DNA of 64,000 nt from a virus. The notes below the pieces were generated by a model that did not search any database, had not been told where the DNA came from, and was given only the letters and a program-made list of their open reading frames with translations. A program made the translations under genes and the position numbers. Shown piece after piece: positions 9,913 to 20,593 of this stretch. Numbering within the stretch: the first letter of the stretch is position 1; each line of letters starts with the position of its first letter. Where the stretch lies: the IMG/VR virus record IMGVR_UViG_3300037310_000240, positions 806 to 64,805 of that record; one strand, given 5' to 3'.

Positions 9913-10185
9913 ATGGCCGAAATCGTCACGTCAATGACCGCCTCCGGCATTCTCAGGAGGGGTCCGGGGTACTACAAGGGCGCGCTCGTCACCACCGCGC
10001 TGTCCGCCGCCGCGATCACGATCTACGACAACACCGCTGCCTCTGGCAAGATCATCGCCGTGATCCCGGCCTCCAGCGCGATCGGCTACCGCGACATCAG
10101 CCCGGACATCAATGGGATCCGCGTGGACAACGGGATCTACTGCAGCTTCGGCGGCACCGGCACCGTCACTTTCTTGGCCGACTGA
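9913..10185 (+). CDS. small putative structural protein
   Basis: 90 aa, beta-rich (ITIYDNTAASG, GIRVDNGIY); located in the head module. Confidence 0.65.
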   Translation: MAEIVTSMTASGILRRGPGYYKGALVTTALSAAAITIYDNTAASGKIIAVIPASSAIGYRDISPDINGIRVDNGIYCSFGGTGTVTFLAD

Positions 10186-10254
10186 TTCGGGCATCCCGCC
10201 CGATCCTGCGGCTCACCCCGCAGGGAATGTTGCTCTACTACAAAAGGAACGACC

Positions 10255-10599
10255 ATGAGCAAGCGTGAACAATTCGTGATGGGCGAACTCGTTTCGCCTC
10301 CCCGTGCGGTCGCTGCATCCGGCGACTACAAGGGCACCTTCCTGCAGGACTGCACCCTCGCCCCATCGGCGCTGTCCGCCGGCCCGAGCGTCGGCGAGCA
10401 GACCTTCACCGTGAAGGGCCTCAAGACGACCGACCGCATCATCTACTGCGCCTACCAAGGAGCGCAGACGGCGGCCGTGGCCGTGACCTCGGCGCGCGTC
10501 AGCGCCGCGAACACGCTCGCGCTGACATTCGTCGCGACGGCCGGCACCCCGACGCCCGCATCCGGCGTGTACACGATCGGCGTGGTGCGCGGCGCGTAA
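10255..10599 (+). CDS. putative structural (head decoration-like) protein
   Basis: 114 aa; EQTFTVKGL..D and ARVSAANTLALTF beta pattern; SD AAAGGA. Confidence 0.65.
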   Translation: MSKREQFVMGELVSPPRAVAASGDYKGTFLQDCTLAPSALSAGPSVGEQTFTVKGLKTTDRIIYCAYQGAQTAAVAVTSARVSAANTLALTFVATAGTPTPASGVYTIGVVRGA

Positions 10600-10619
10600 G
10601 CGAAACAAGAGGAGGAGGG

Positions 10620-10865
10620 ATGAAACAGCCAGAATCCCAGCTGCTCAATGCCGCCGCGCGGCTGGGGGGCAACCAAGATTTCCAGAGATTTCTCGCTTGG
10701 ATCGAAGCCTCGCGCGAGGATGCGCGTAACACTGCGGAGAGCGTGTGTTCGGCCGACGCGTATCGCGCCGCCTGCTCTCTCAGCTACGCAGCCGCGCTCG
10801 GGGACATCCTTCGATTCATGGCGGAAGCACAGGAGGTCACGCGCAAGTCTGGAGTGATCGCCTGA
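10620..10865 (+). CDS. hypothetical protein
   Basis: Strong SD GGAGGAGG; 81 aa helical; precedes scaffold. Confidence 0.7.
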   Translation: MKQPESQLLNAAARLGGNQDFQRFLAWIEASREDARNTAESVCSADAYRAACSLSYAAALGDILRFMAEAQEVTRKSGVIA

Positions 10866-10983
10866 CCCTTACCTCGCGGGTTGCGAGGGATGCAGTGTGA
10901 ACCCCATCACCAAGCGGTGAGAGCGAAACCCGGGACACGCAACTTCCGGCTCGCCTTGCCTGCTCGATGGCTCACGGAGAAAT

Positions 10984-11970
10984 ATGAACCTCCCAAGGAA
11001 TGTTGAAGAGCAGGGCAAACTCGCAGACGCCCTTTTGCAGGAAGAAGTGACACGCCGCGCCGCTCTGAAGGACGGCGCGCCGCCAGCAGGAACCCCCGGG
11101 AAACCGGCTCCCGCAGGTGGCTCACCCGGTCAACCCGCGCAACCCGCGAAGCCCGCACCCGACGCTCCACCCGGCGCTGCAGCGCCCAAGGAAGAAACCG
11201 TCGAGTACTGGAAGAGCCGGTTCGACGTGCTTGAAGGCAAGTACAACGCGGAAGTCCCGCGCCTTGCCGCCGAGCGCCGCGCGCTGATCGAGGAGAACAC
11301 CCGCCTGAAAGAGTCGAAGTCCGCCGCGCCATCCGGCTCGGCGCCTACGGCTCCTGCGGCGCGTCCGTCCGAAGAGAAGGTGAAGGAACTGAAGGAAAAG
11401 TACGGCGATCAGTTCGTCGATGACTTCCTTCAGTCGTTCACGCTTCCTGCAGGCCAACCCCCGGCAGCCGACGACAAGACCGCCAAGGACATCGCGGACC
11501 TGAAGGCGCGCGATACAGCGCGCTCGAAGCGCGAGTTCTTCGACGGCTTGGACATCAAGGCGCCGGTCTGGCGGAAACTCAACGAGGACGAAAAGTTCCT
11601 CACGTGGCTCGCCGAGTTGGATCCGGCGAGCGGGCGTTCAAGGCAAGACCTGTTCGACGATGCGGTGGCGAGTTTCGACTTGGCCCGCGTCGCCTACTTC
11701 TTCAACACGTACGGGAGCCAGACCGGGGCGGGGCAACCGAAACCCGGCGGCGATGCGCCGAAAAACGAGGACGCCACACCTCCGCAGCCTCCGATCGACC
11801 CACCCAAGGGTGGCGGCGACAAGCCGCCCGCTGGGAAGAAGATGTGGACCGGCAAGGAAGTGCAGCAGTTCTACGATGACGTGCGTCGCGGCAGGTACAA
11901 GTCGGACGAGGTTGCCTCAATCGAGCAGGACATCCTCTCTGCGCAACGCGAGGGCCGGTTCGCCGGCTGA
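10984..11970 (+). CDS. capsid scaffolding protein
   Basis: Pro/Ala-rich N-terminus, coiled coil (WKSRFDVLEGKYNAEVPRL), C-terminal AQREGR; directly upstream of capsid gene. Confidence 0.8.
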   Translation: MNLPRNVEEQGKLADALLQEEVTRRAALKDGAPPAGTPGKPAPAGGSPGQPAQPAKPAPDAPPGAAAPKEETVEYWKSRFDVLEGKYNAEVPRLAAERRALIEENTRLKESKSAAPSGSAPTAPAARPSEEKVKELKEKYGDQFVDDFLQSFTLPAGQPPAADDKTAKDIADLKARDTARSKREFFDGLDIKAPVWRKLNEDEKFLTWLAELDPASGRSRQDLFDDAVASFDLARVAYFFNTYGSQTGAGQPKPGGDAPKNEDATPPQPPIDPPKGGGDKPPAGKKMWTGKEVQQFYDDVRRGRYKSDEVASIEQDILSAQREGRFAG

Positions 11971-12006
11971 AGCAACGCAGCGGGGAGCAACCGGAAAGGG
12001 CAGTAA

Positions 12007-12948
12007 ATGTCTCTCCCCGTAAGTGGCAACTATTACGGTGCCGGCGCAGGCACCGACGGCTACACCGCGAAGTTCATTCCGCAGATCTGGAGCGGGAAAC
12101 TGCAGGTGAAGTTCTACCAGCAGACCTGCATGACCGAAATCTGCAACGCGGATTGGGAAGGCGAGATCAAAGACCAAGGCGACACGGTTGAGATCCGCAC
12201 CATCCCGAACATCACGGTCAGCGACTACCAGAAGGGCATGACCCTCGCCAATCAGGTCCCGCAGGCGGGCCTGATCGTCCTCAACGTGGACAAGGGCAAG
12301 TACTTCTCGTTCGTCGTGGACGACGTGGATGCCGTGCAGGCCGATCTTCGGCTGATGGACATGTTCAGCAATGACGCGTCCCAGCAGATGAAGATCAAGA
12401 TCGAGCAGGAACTGTTCGCTGCGATCTACTCGCAGACCCACGCCAGCAACACCGGCAACTCCGCAGGCGCGATCAGCGGCAACATCGCCCTCGGAGCGGC
12501 CAGTTCGCCGGTAGCGATCACCAAGGCAAACGTGCTGGACGTGATCGTGGACTGCGGGCAGGTCCTCGACGAGCAGAACGTCCCCGAGACGGGCCGCTGG
12601 TTGGTGGTCCCGCCGTGGATGGCCGGCCTCATCAAGAAGTCCGACCTGAAGGACGCCTCGCTGACCGGCGAGGGCACGACCATCCTTCGGAACGGCAGGC
12701 TGGGCATGGTCGATCGCTTCACGCTGTACGTGAACAACAACCTGACGCTGACGCTGGACGGTTCCACGAACGTCACGAACATGCTGTTCGGGACGCGCGA
12801 TGCCGTCTGCTTCGCGTCGCAGTTCACGAAGATGGAGTCCCTGCGCAGCACCTCTACCTTCGGCAACATCGTCCGGGGGCTGCAGGTGTACGGCTTCAAG
12901 ACGACGGCCGACAAGACGCTGGGTCGCCTGTACGGCTATCGCGCCTAA
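12007..12948 (+). CDS. major capsid protein (HK97 fold)
   Basis: FIPQIWSGKL, DWEGEIKDQGDTVEI, LDEQNVPETGRW and VRGLQVYG motifs. Confidence 0.93.
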   Translation: MSLPVSGNYYGAGAGTDGYTAKFIPQIWSGKLQVKFYQQTCMTEICNADWEGEIKDQGDTVEIRTIPNITVSDYQKGMTLANQVPQAGLIVLNVDKGKYFSFVVDDVDAVQADLRLMDMFSNDASQQMKIKIEQELFAAIYSQTHASNTGNSAGAISGNIALGAASSPVAITKANVLDVIVDCGQVLDEQNVPETGRWLVVPPWMAGLIKKSDLKDASLTGEGTTILRNGRLGMVDRFTLYVNNNLTLTLDGSTNVTNMLFGTRDAVCFASQFTKMESLRSTSTFGNIVRGLQVYGFKTTADKTLGRLYGYRA

Positions 12949-12972
12949 GTAGCGGCGCGCAGCCGAGGCAAG

Positions 12973-13006
12973 GGTCGGGGGTACAGGTGTGCCCCCGGCC
13001 TGTTTT
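12973..13006 (+). terminator. intrinsic terminator after capsid gene
   Basis: GGTCGGGGGTAC-AGGT-GTGCCCCCGGCC hairpin followed by TGTTTT. Confidence 0.65.
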
Positions 13007-13031
13007 ACCTTCAACCTGTGAGGAGAACGCA

Positions 13032-13262
13032 ATGGCGTACTACAAGAACATCGACAACGGCCACGTCTACTTGGCCGGACCGGGCATGAACGACATGCCG
13101 AACATGAAGCCGTGCGACGCGGACGGCAACCTGATCGAGCCGAACGCCGTGCCGCCCAAGGCCGAGCCGATCGAGAGGCCCGAGGTTCCGGCGATGGGCG
13201 ATCCGGTGGAGGCGCACCCCGAGGACGCCGTGGACGTGGACGACATCGGGCTGCCGGGGTAG
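13032..13262 (+). CDS. small hypothetical protein
   Basis: SD GAGGAG, ATG 13032: MAYYKNIDNGHVY...MKPCD. Confidence 0.75.
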   Translation: MAYYKNIDNGHVYLAGPGMNDMPNMKPCDADGNLIEPNAVPPKAEPIERPEVPAMGDPVEAHPEDAVDVDDIGLPG

Positions 13263-13273
13263 CGGGGCCTGTG

Positions 13274-13666
13274 ATGGCCAAGTACCTGCGCTCCAAGCTG
13301 AACGGCCACATCTACATCGACGACGGCCGGCTGGGGAAGATGGAACACATGGAGCCGTGCGATCCGCCGGCTGTTGTGGAGGTGCCCACAGCTGTTGGCA
13401 GCGAAAAACCGGGTCCGGCCACATCCCCCTACGTGGCCGACGCGGCAATTGCCAAGCGGGACAAGGCAATTGCCATGTCCACGGCCACGTCCACGCCGCA
13501 GGAATCAGAATCCGAATCCATTCACGTATCCGAGCGTGATCGTCTGGTGATGGAGTACACGCGCCTGATCGGGAAGCGTCCGCATCCCGACATGCGCACC
13601 GACAACATGAAGCGTTCGATCAAGAGGGCCATGCGCCGTGGCGGTGAAAGCCAAGCTAGTCATTGA
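13274..13666 (+). CDS. hypothetical protein, N-terminus paralogous to the 13032 ORF
   Basis: MAKYLRSKLNGHIY...MEPCD; C-terminal GKRPHPDM helical motif. Confidence 0.7.
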   Translation: MAKYLRSKLNGHIYIDDGRLGKMEHMEPCDPPAVVEVPTAVGSEKPGPATSPYVADAAIAKRDKAIAMSTATSTPQESESESIHVSERDRLVMEYTRLIGKRPHPDMRTDNMKRSIKRAMRRGGESQASH

Positions 13667-14363
13667 TACCTGTGCCCGGCTGTTGCTCGACGATTCCAAC
13701 GTCGGTTGGGGCAGGTCGGAACTTCTCGGCTACCTCAACATGGGCCAGAAGCAGATCGTCGCGATCAAGCCGGAAGCCAACCCGGCGCGCACCGTCATCA
13801 CGCTCGTCGGCGGCACGCGCCAGAGCCTTCCGGCCGGCGGCTACCAGCTTATCAAGGCGACGCGCAACTTCCAGAGCGACGGCACGACGGCGGCCGACGC
13901 GATTCGCCTCGGCAACATGGAGGTGCTGGATCAGGTGAACCCGGGGTGGCACGCGGACGCGACGAGCGCCACGGTGAAGGAATACATGCACGACATCCAA
14001 GAGCCGACGATCTTTTGGGTGTATCCGCCGCAGCCCGGCTCCGGGCAGGGAAAGATCGAGGTGGTCTACTCGATGCCTCCGGCCGATGTCGCCGACCTCA
14101 CCGCAGACCCCCCGGGCGGCACCGGGCCGAACACCACGGATTCCATCAACATCCCCGACATCTACATGCCCGCGCTCGTGGACTACATCATGGCGCGCGC
14201 ATACCTGAAGAACTCCGATCGCGGGACCGAGACCGCGATGGCGATGACGCACTACAACGCGTTTCTCTCCGCGCTCGGCGTACTCGACAAGAACAACCAG
14301 CTGCGCAATCCCAACGTGCAGCTGATGCCGTTCTCGCCCACCACACCGGCCGCCGCGAGGTAA
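13638..14363 (+). CDS. head-tail adaptor protein
   Basis: ARLLLDD..W.RSELLGYLN, FWVYPP and ALVDYIMARAY motifs; position after capsid. Confidence 0.75.
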   Translation: MAVKAKLVIDTCARLLLDDSNVGWGRSELLGYLNMGQKQIVAIKPEANPARTVITLVGGTRQSLPAGGYQLIKATRNFQSDGTTAADAIRLGNMEVLDQVNPGWHADATSATVKEYMHDIQEPTIFWVYPPQPGSGQGKIEVVYSMPPADVADLTADPPGGTGPNTTDSINIPDIYMPALVDYIMARAYLKNSDRGTETAMAMTHYNAFLSALGVLDKNNQLRNPNVQLMPFSPTTPAAAR

Positions 14364-14366
14364 GTC

Positions 14367-15002
14367 ATGGCGAACATCGACGCCTTGCTGCCGGACCTCA
14401 TGCCCTACTGCCCGGGAGTCCCCTACTCTCAGGCGGTGCGGGCGCTGCGCGACGCCACGATCAAGCTGTGCGCGCGCTCCCTGATCCACATCTACTTCGA
14501 CCCCGGGTCCTCTCCGGCGGCCAACACGACGCAGTTCACGGTGACGCCACCGTCCAACACGGCGCTCGTCCGTGTCATGGAGTTGTTCGTGGACAAGCGT
14601 CGCGTTGACCCGGTTCCTCCGCAACAGCTGTCGCGGTATTTCCCGAACGACTGGCCGCTCGCGGACGCCGGATACCCTCGCGGCTGGTATCAGGATGGCG
14701 CGACAACCGTGCGCGTGGTCCCCAAGACGGATGCGACCTACGCGTTCTCGGCCCTGATCGCCCTGCGCCCGTCGGATGCCGCGACCGTGATCGACGACTT
14801 CCTGTTTCAGGACTGGGCGACGGAAATCGTGAACGGCGCCCTTGCATCACTGCTTGCGATCCCGAGGCAGCCGTGGACCGACCCGAAAGAGGCTTCGCGC
14901 TACGAGAAGATGGCGACCGCCGGCATCAACAACGCCATCATCGAGGCGAATCGCGGGCGCGCGAACGCCCTGCTCGGCGTCCAACTCCCGTCAAGGCCGT
15001 GA
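14367..15002 (+). CDS. second adaptor/tail tubular protein
   Basis: LLPDLMPYCPG...IVNGALASLLAIPRQPW; position in tail module. Confidence 0.7.
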   Translation: MANIDALLPDLMPYCPGVPYSQAVRALRDATIKLCARSLIHIYFDPGSSPAANTTQFTVTPPSNTALVRVMELFVDKRRVDPVPPQQLSRYFPNDWPLADAGYPRGWYQDGATTVRVVPKTDATYAFSALIALRPSDAATVIDDFLFQDWATEIVNGALASLLAIPRQPWTDPKEASRYEKMATAGINNAIIEANRGRANALLGVQLPSRP

Positions 15003-15006
15003 CGAC

Positions 15007-16644
15007 GTGGCCGTCATCGTTTTTCCCAAGTTCTCGGGGGTTGCGCCTGTACTGAACCCTTCGCGCTTGCCGCCCGGCATGGCGCAGGACGCGACCGATG
15101 TGGATCTGCTGGCGCGCACCCTGCGCCCGTGGAAGGGACTGCTCGACGTGCAGACCGGGCTGGGCACGACGGAGCCTTGCTCGATCTACAGGTTCGGCCT
15201 GACGCTCACGTCGGACACGCAGTACTGGATGACGTGGCAGGGCTACGACGTGGACGCCGTGAAGGCGCCGATCGTGGCCGATGCGACCGAGCGCACCCTG
15301 TACACGGGCAACGGCGCGCCGAAATGGACCAACAGCACGCTCGCCCTGACCGGCGGGCCGCCGTACCCGCAGGCGTATCGCGACCTCGGGGTGCAGTCCC
15401 CGGCGGCGGCGCCGAACGTGGTGGTCACGGGCACCGGGTCCGGCACGGCCGAGAGCCGCGCCTACGTCTACACCAACGTCACGCAGTATGGCGAGGAATC
15501 CGCGCCGTCCCCGGCTTCCTCGGTGGTGAGCGTGCAGAGCGGCCAGACGGTGACGATCGACGGCTTTTCGGCGGCGCCGGGCGGCAACGGCAGCACCACG
15601 GCGCGCAGGATCTATCGCGGCATCGCGAATCAGGACGTATTCAACTACTTCTTTGTCAAGGAAATCGCGAACGCCGTCACCAGCACGACGGACGACGTGG
15701 GCGAGAACATCGGCGAGGCGCTGATTACGCAGGGCTGGCTGGTGCCGCCCTCCGACATGGCGGGTATCACCGTCATGGCGAACGGCATCTGCGTGGGGTT
15801 CTCGGGCTACGACGTGTGCGTGAGCGAGCAGGGCGTGCCGTATGCGTGGCCCTACGAGTACCGCAAGGCGGCCGACTTCCCGATCGTGAACTGCAAGGCG
15901 CTTGGCAACTCGACGGTCGTCGGCACCAAGGGGTTCCCGTACCTGCTGAGCGGGGCGGCCCCCGACCAGCTGGTGTTGACCAAGATCGAGGTGCCGGAGC
16001 CGTGCGTCTCGAAGCGCAGCATGGTGTCGATGGGCGGCTACGTGGCCTATGCCTCGCAGCACGGATTGATCGGCATCGATGGCGGCGGCGGGGTGCGCAA
16101 TCTCACCGAGGGGCTGTTCTCGCGCAAGGAATGGACGACGCTGGTCCCGTCCTCTATTCGCGGCTACCTGTACAACGGGCGCTACATCGGCTTCTACAAC
16201 ACCGGATCCGTGACCGCCGGCTTCGTGTTCGAGCCTCGGCAGGGCGATGCAGCGTGGACGTGGCTGTCGGCCTACGCGCTCGCGGGGCACACCGATCTGG
16301 CGCAGGACAACCTGTACCTGCAGGTCTCGACCAAGATCCAGAAGTTCGACGCGAGCGGCAGCTACAACAACTACGTCTGGCGCTCGGGGGTCACGACGAT
16401 GGTGCGCCCGGTGGCGATTCGCTCCGGCATCGTGTTCGCCGCGACCTACCCGGTGACGCTGAAGCTGTACGCGGATGGCGCCTTAGTCCACACCGAGACG
16501 GTTGCCGGAAAGAACATCTTCCGCATCGGCATGAACGACGAGAAGCGCGAGTTCGAGGTGCAGCTGGAGGGCGCCAACGAAATCGAGAAGGTGATCCTCG
16601 CGTCGTCCGTCTCGGAGATTAAGTCCCTTCTCGGCGGGTCCTGA
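15007..16644 (+). CDS. tail nozzle/stabilisation protein
   Basis: GTG 15007; FSGVAPVLNPSRLP, RAYVYTNVTQYGEESAPSP and PYAWP; beta-propeller-like composition. Confidence 0.75.
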   Translation: MAVIVFPKFSGVAPVLNPSRLPPGMAQDATDVDLLARTLRPWKGLLDVQTGLGTTEPCSIYRFGLTLTSDTQYWMTWQGYDVDAVKAPIVADATERTLYTGNGAPKWTNSTLALTGGPPYPQAYRDLGVQSPAAAPNVVVTGTGSGTAESRAYVYTNVTQYGEESAPSPASSVVSVQSGQTVTIDGFSAAPGGNGSTTARRIYRGIANQDVFNYFFVKEIANAVTSTTDDVGENIGEALITQGWLVPPSDMAGITVMANGICVGFSGYDVCVSEQGVPYAWPYEYRKAADFPIVNCKALGNSTVVGTKGFPYLLSGAAPDQLVLTKIEVPEPCVSKRSMVSMGGYVAYASQHGLIGIDGGGGVRNLTEGLFSRKEWTTLVPSSIRGYLYNGRYIGFYNTGSVTAGFVFEPRQGDAAWTWLSAYALAGHTDLAQDNLYLQVSTKIQKFDASGSYNNYVWRSGVTTMVRPVAIRSGIVFAATYPVTLKLYADGALVHTETVAGKNIFRIGMNDEKREFEVQLEGANEIEKVILASSVSEIKSLLGGS

Positions 16645-19592
16645 TGCCCGGGTTCCCACAGATCCCAACGGACCTGCCGGTAGGGTTGCGCAGGTTCCTT
16701 GAGCGCGTAAAGGAACAGCTGGAGGTCAGCGGCGCCGAGCGCGGCTCGCCGCTCGATGCAACGCCGACGTTCCGCGACCTGATCGACGCGGGCCTGATTA
16801 TCGTGGACCCGAACGCGCCGCTCACGGCGAACGGGCGCGAATTCACGCTCAACATGAATACGTGGTCCGACCTGATGCTGCCGGACTGGCTGACGGAGAA
16901 CGTGGATCCTCCGGTGCCGACGGGCCTCGTGGTCACGCAGGACACGGCGAACATCAAGCTGTCGTGGGACGCGCCGACGTTCAGCACGTACCTGCAGACG
17001 CTGGTCTACAGGAACACCGCCAACGACTTGTCCGGCGCGACGCTGATCGGCTCGACCACCGGCCGGACGTACGTGGACAACCTGCCGCCCGCAGGGTCGC
17101 AGTACTACTACTGGCTGCGGCAGGAGTCGCAGTCGCACTACCTGTCTGGCTACAACGCGGTGTCCGGCACGTCGTCGTCGAACCAGCCGGGCGCACCGAG
17201 TGTCCAGCACTCGTTCGTTCTGGACCAGATGGTGCTGTCGTGGACCACGCCCACGTCGGCGCTCGCGATCCAGTACTACATCATCACGTACGGAGCGGCC
17301 TACCCGGGAGGTACGCCCGTAGGGATTTCACAGTCGAACACGCTGCGCATCCCGGTGAACTGGACCGGATCGCGCACGTTCTACGTGGTCCCGGTGGACA
17401 TCAACTTCAACCTCGGGCTGAGCGGCAACACCGCCACCTCGCAGAACGTGCCCGGCACGCCGTCGATCCAGCTGGCGGTGGCGAACGGATCGGTGGTGCT
17501 GACCTACTCGTCCACGCCGGGATCGTTCCCGGTCGATCACTACGAGATTCGGTACGGGGCCAGCTGGGCGGCCGGAACGTCGTACGGATTGACAATCTCG
17601 ACGCGCCGCGAGTTCGAGGTGAACTTCGCCGGCAACCGCACGTACTGGGTGAAGGGGTACGATGCGATCGGCAACGTCTCTGCGGAAGCGCAGATCACGT
17701 TCACGCCGACCCTGCCATCCGTGTCCGGCCTGTCGTTGCAGGTGATCGACAACAACGTGCTGGCGTCGTGGTCCAGCACGCCCGGCACCCTGCCGATCGA
17801 CCACTACAACCTGTATCGAGACGCGGCGCTGATCGGCACGGTGGGCGGCAAGTTCGCCACGTTCTTCGAGTCGGCGGCAGGGACCTACGAGTACGGCGTG
17901 GCCGCCGTGGACACCGCCGGCAACACCGGGTCAACAGCTGTTCTCGAAGCGGTGGTCAACCAGCCGCCGGATTACGTGCTGAACACGCTGTGGGACTCGC
18001 AGTTCGACGCCCCGACGCACACGAACGCGAAGTCGCAGGACGAGAACTCCTACGCACTCCAATGCTCGTCGAGCGACTACGGCTACAGCACCGGGAGCAA
18101 CCTGAAGTCCATCACCGGGGACTTCACGCTGGAGGCGTGGTGCAAGCTGGATGTGACGTTGGGCAGCGCATCGAATAACTACACGGTGATGGGCAACGAG
18201 GTGTTCCAAGCCTCGGGCTTGTTGTTCAGGATCGAGGACACCACGGACGCGAATTGGGGAAAGGTCGCCGTTCGCACCAGCCAAGCGGGATCCTTTACCA
18301 CCCTGACTTCCGCTGCTAACAAATGGCCCAACGACAGGGCTTGGCATCACTTTGTCGCGCGGAAAAGCGGCAGCACGTTCGACATCTACATCGACGGCAC
18401 GTCGGTTGCCACCGGAGGCGGGGCTACAGGCGCTGTCACGGCCACGAAGGACTGGGCGGTTGGCGCGGGATGCCACCCGACCCCTGTACAGCCGTTCAAC
18501 GGACAGCTGTATGGGTGCCGCGTGTACGCGCGCGCGCTGACACCGACCGAGGTTTCCGAGCATTACAAGGGAATGTTCAAGAGCGAATCTAACCTGATCG
18601 GCGCGTGGGATTTCGACGAGGGCCAAGGAACCGTCGTTGCGGACGACAGCGACAGCAGCAACGACCTTGCTCTGGTAGATACGCCGGTTTTCGTCAGCAC
18701 CACGATCAACGGGCAGCTGGACACGAACCAGACCAACGCGCTGTACTTCCCGATCAAGCGCGACGAGTCGTACGAGGAACACTTCACCACGAACAGCTGG
18801 ACCACGTGGCAGGACGCGATCAACGCCGGGTACAACTACTACCTCGAACCCAGCGTCAGCGGCGCGTCGCTGTACACGGAGATTTTCGACTACGGCACCG
18901 TGCTGGCGGCTACGCTGATTACCGCCACGCTCACCAAGAACGACATCGAGGCGGTGGGCGGATACACGATCACGCCGACGATCAGCATCAGCTTGGATGC
19001 CTCGTCGTGGACGGACTACGCGGGCGTGTGGTCGGTGTTCGGCACCAACTTCCGCTACGTCAAGATGAAGCTGGATGTCTCGGCCACCGGCAACAAGAAT
19101 CTCGTGCGCGCGACGGAACTAATCATCCGTCTCGACACCAAGCTGAAGAACGATGCCGGGATGGTGAACTGCCACTACGGCAGCGGGTTGAGCATCACCC
19201 GGTCCGGGTCCGTGGCGACCGTGAACTTCACGGCGCACGGCGTGGAAACCGGGGACTGGGTGACGATCGCCGGGGCGACACAGACCGAGTACAACGGCGA
19301 GTTCGTGGCGACGAAGATCGACGCCAACAACTTCAGCTACACGGTCTCCGGCTCTCCCGCGACGCCGGCTACCGGGACGATCACGCTCGACTCGAACGGG
19401 ACGCGCGTGGACTTCACCGTGGCGTTTATCGACATCAGCAGCATCACGCTGACGGCGATGGGAACTGCGGCGCGCACCGAGGTCGTGGACTTCACGGACA
19501 TTCCGAATCCGACGACGTTTCGTGCCTACCTGTTCGACCTTGCCGGCACCCGGAAGGCAGGCAAGGCATCGTGGGCGTCCAAAGGGGCATAA
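16644..19592 (+). CDS. tail/host-specificity protein with FN3-like repeats and a LamG-like domain
   Basis: VPTGL, YEIRYG and YWVKGYDAIGN FN3-like motifs; FTLEAW...WHHFV...IYIDG...VYARALT LamG motif; HG..TGD.VTIAGA..TEYNG domain. Confidence 0.8.
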   Translation: MPGFPQIPTDLPVGLRRFLERVKEQLEVSGAERGSPLDATPTFRDLIDAGLIIVDPNAPLTANGREFTLNMNTWSDLMLPDWLTENVDPPVPTGLVVTQDTANIKLSWDAPTFSTYLQTLVYRNTANDLSGATLIGSTTGRTYVDNLPPAGSQYYYWLRQESQSHYLSGYNAVSGTSSSNQPGAPSVQHSFVLDQMVLSWTTPTSALAIQYYIITYGAAYPGGTPVGISQSNTLRIPVNWTGSRTFYVVPVDINFNLGLSGNTATSQNVPGTPSIQLAVANGSVVLTYSSTPGSFPVDHYEIRYGASWAAGTSYGLTISTRREFEVNFAGNRTYWVKGYDAIGNVSAEAQITFTPTLPSVSGLSLQVIDNNVLASWSSTPGTLPIDHYNLYRDAALIGTVGGKFATFFESAAGTYEYGVAAVDTAGNTGSTAVLEAVVNQPPDYVLNTLWDSQFDAPTHTNAKSQDENSYALQCSSSDYGYSTGSNLKSITGDFTLEAWCKLDVTLGSASNNYTVMGNEVFQASGLLFRIEDTTDANWGKVAVRTSQAGSFTTLTSAANKWPNDRAWHHFVARKSGSTFDIYIDGTSVATGGGATGAVTATKDWAVGAGCHPTPVQPFNGQLYGCRVYARALTPTEVSEHYKGMFKSESNLIGAWDFDEGQGTVVADDSDSSNDLALVDTPVFVSTTINGQLDTNQTNALYFPIKRDESYEEHFTTNSWTTWQDAINAGYNYYLEPSVSGASLYTEIFDYGTVLAATLITATLTKNDIEAVGGYTITPTISISLDASSWTDYAGVWSVFGTNFRYVKMKLDVSATGNKNLVRATELIIRLDTKLKNDAGMVNCHYGSGLSITRSGSVATVNFTAHGVETGDWVTIAGATQTEYNGEFVATKIDANNFSYTVSGSPATPATGTITLDSNGTRVDFTVAFIDISSITLTAMGTAARTEVVDFTDIPNPTTFRAYLFDLAGTRKAGKASWASKGA

Positions 19593-19595
19593 CGC

Positions 19596-20588
19596 ATGGC
19601 GGACTTCAACACACCATCGCTGAGCGACAGCTACACGAATATCCTCGCGTACCTGAAGAACCGCGACTTGGACATCATGAAGTGGCTGGATTCCACGCAG
19701 ACCAGCCCGTCCAACGTCCCGCAGTACTCGAAGCGATGGAACCGCAGCAGCAAGATCATCGAGGAATACGACGGCTCGTCGTGGGCCTCGGTGGGCACGT
19801 GGGGCATCAGCATCACCGGGTCGGCCGGAAGCGTCCCGTGGAGCGGCGTTACCTCGACCCCGACCACGCTGGCGGGCTACGGCATCACGGACGCACAGCC
19901 GCTCGACTCGGACCTGACAGCTGTTGCCGCGCTGTCCACCACCGGGATCGTCGTGCGCACGGGATCCGGCACGATGGCAACCCGGTCGATGGGCGCCCCG
20001 GCCGCCGGCATCACGTGGTCGAACGCGGACGGCGTGTCCGGCAACCCGACGATCGCGCTGGCGAACGACCTGTCGGCCTTGGAGGGCTTGGCCTCGACCG
20101 GCATCGCGGTGCGCACCGGAACCGATGCGTGGGCGCAGCGCACGATCACCGGCACCACCAACAAGATCACCGTCACGAACGGCGATGGCGTCTCGGGCAA
20201 CCCGACTCTGAACATCGGCTCGGACGTGGTGACGCTGACCGACTCGCAGACGCTCACCAACAAGCTGCACACCAACCCCGACAACACGTCGCAGACGCTG
20301 ACCGACGGGGCGAACATCGACTGGAACATGAACAGCGGGCACATCGCGAGCGTGACGCTCGCCGGCAACCGCAACATGAACGCGCCGACGAACCTGAAGA
20401 AGGGCGTCTACATCCTGCATGTTCTTCAGGACGGCACCGGAGGCAGGACGCTCACTTGGAACTCGGTGTTCAAGTGGGTGCAGGCGATCGCACCCGTCCT
20501 CACGACCACAGCGAATCGTCGCGACATCATTTCGTTTGTATGCGATGGCACCAACCTGTATGGCAGCTTCCTGCCTGACGTGAGGTAA
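19596..20588 (+). CDS. tail fibre protein
   Basis: PTTLAGYGITDA, AQPLDSDLTA, duplicated NxDGVSGNPT, QTLTNK and QDGTGGRTLTW fibre motifs. Confidence 0.85.
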   Translation: MADFNTPSLSDSYTNILAYLKNRDLDIMKWLDSTQTSPSNVPQYSKRWNRSSKIIEEYDGSSWASVGTWGISITGSAGSVPWSGVTSTPTTLAGYGITDAQPLDSDLTAVAALSTTGIVVRTGSGTMATRSMGAPAAGITWSNADGVSGNPTIALANDLSALEGLASTGIAVRTGTDAWAQRTITGTTNKITVTNGDGVSGNPTLNIGSDVVTLTDSQTLTNKLHTNPDNTSQTLTDGANIDWNMNSGHIASVTLAGNRNMNAPTNLKKGVYILHVLQDGTGGRTLTWNSVFKWVQAIAPVLTTTANRRDIISFVCDGTNLYGSFLPDVR

Positions 20589-20593
20589 CGGCC

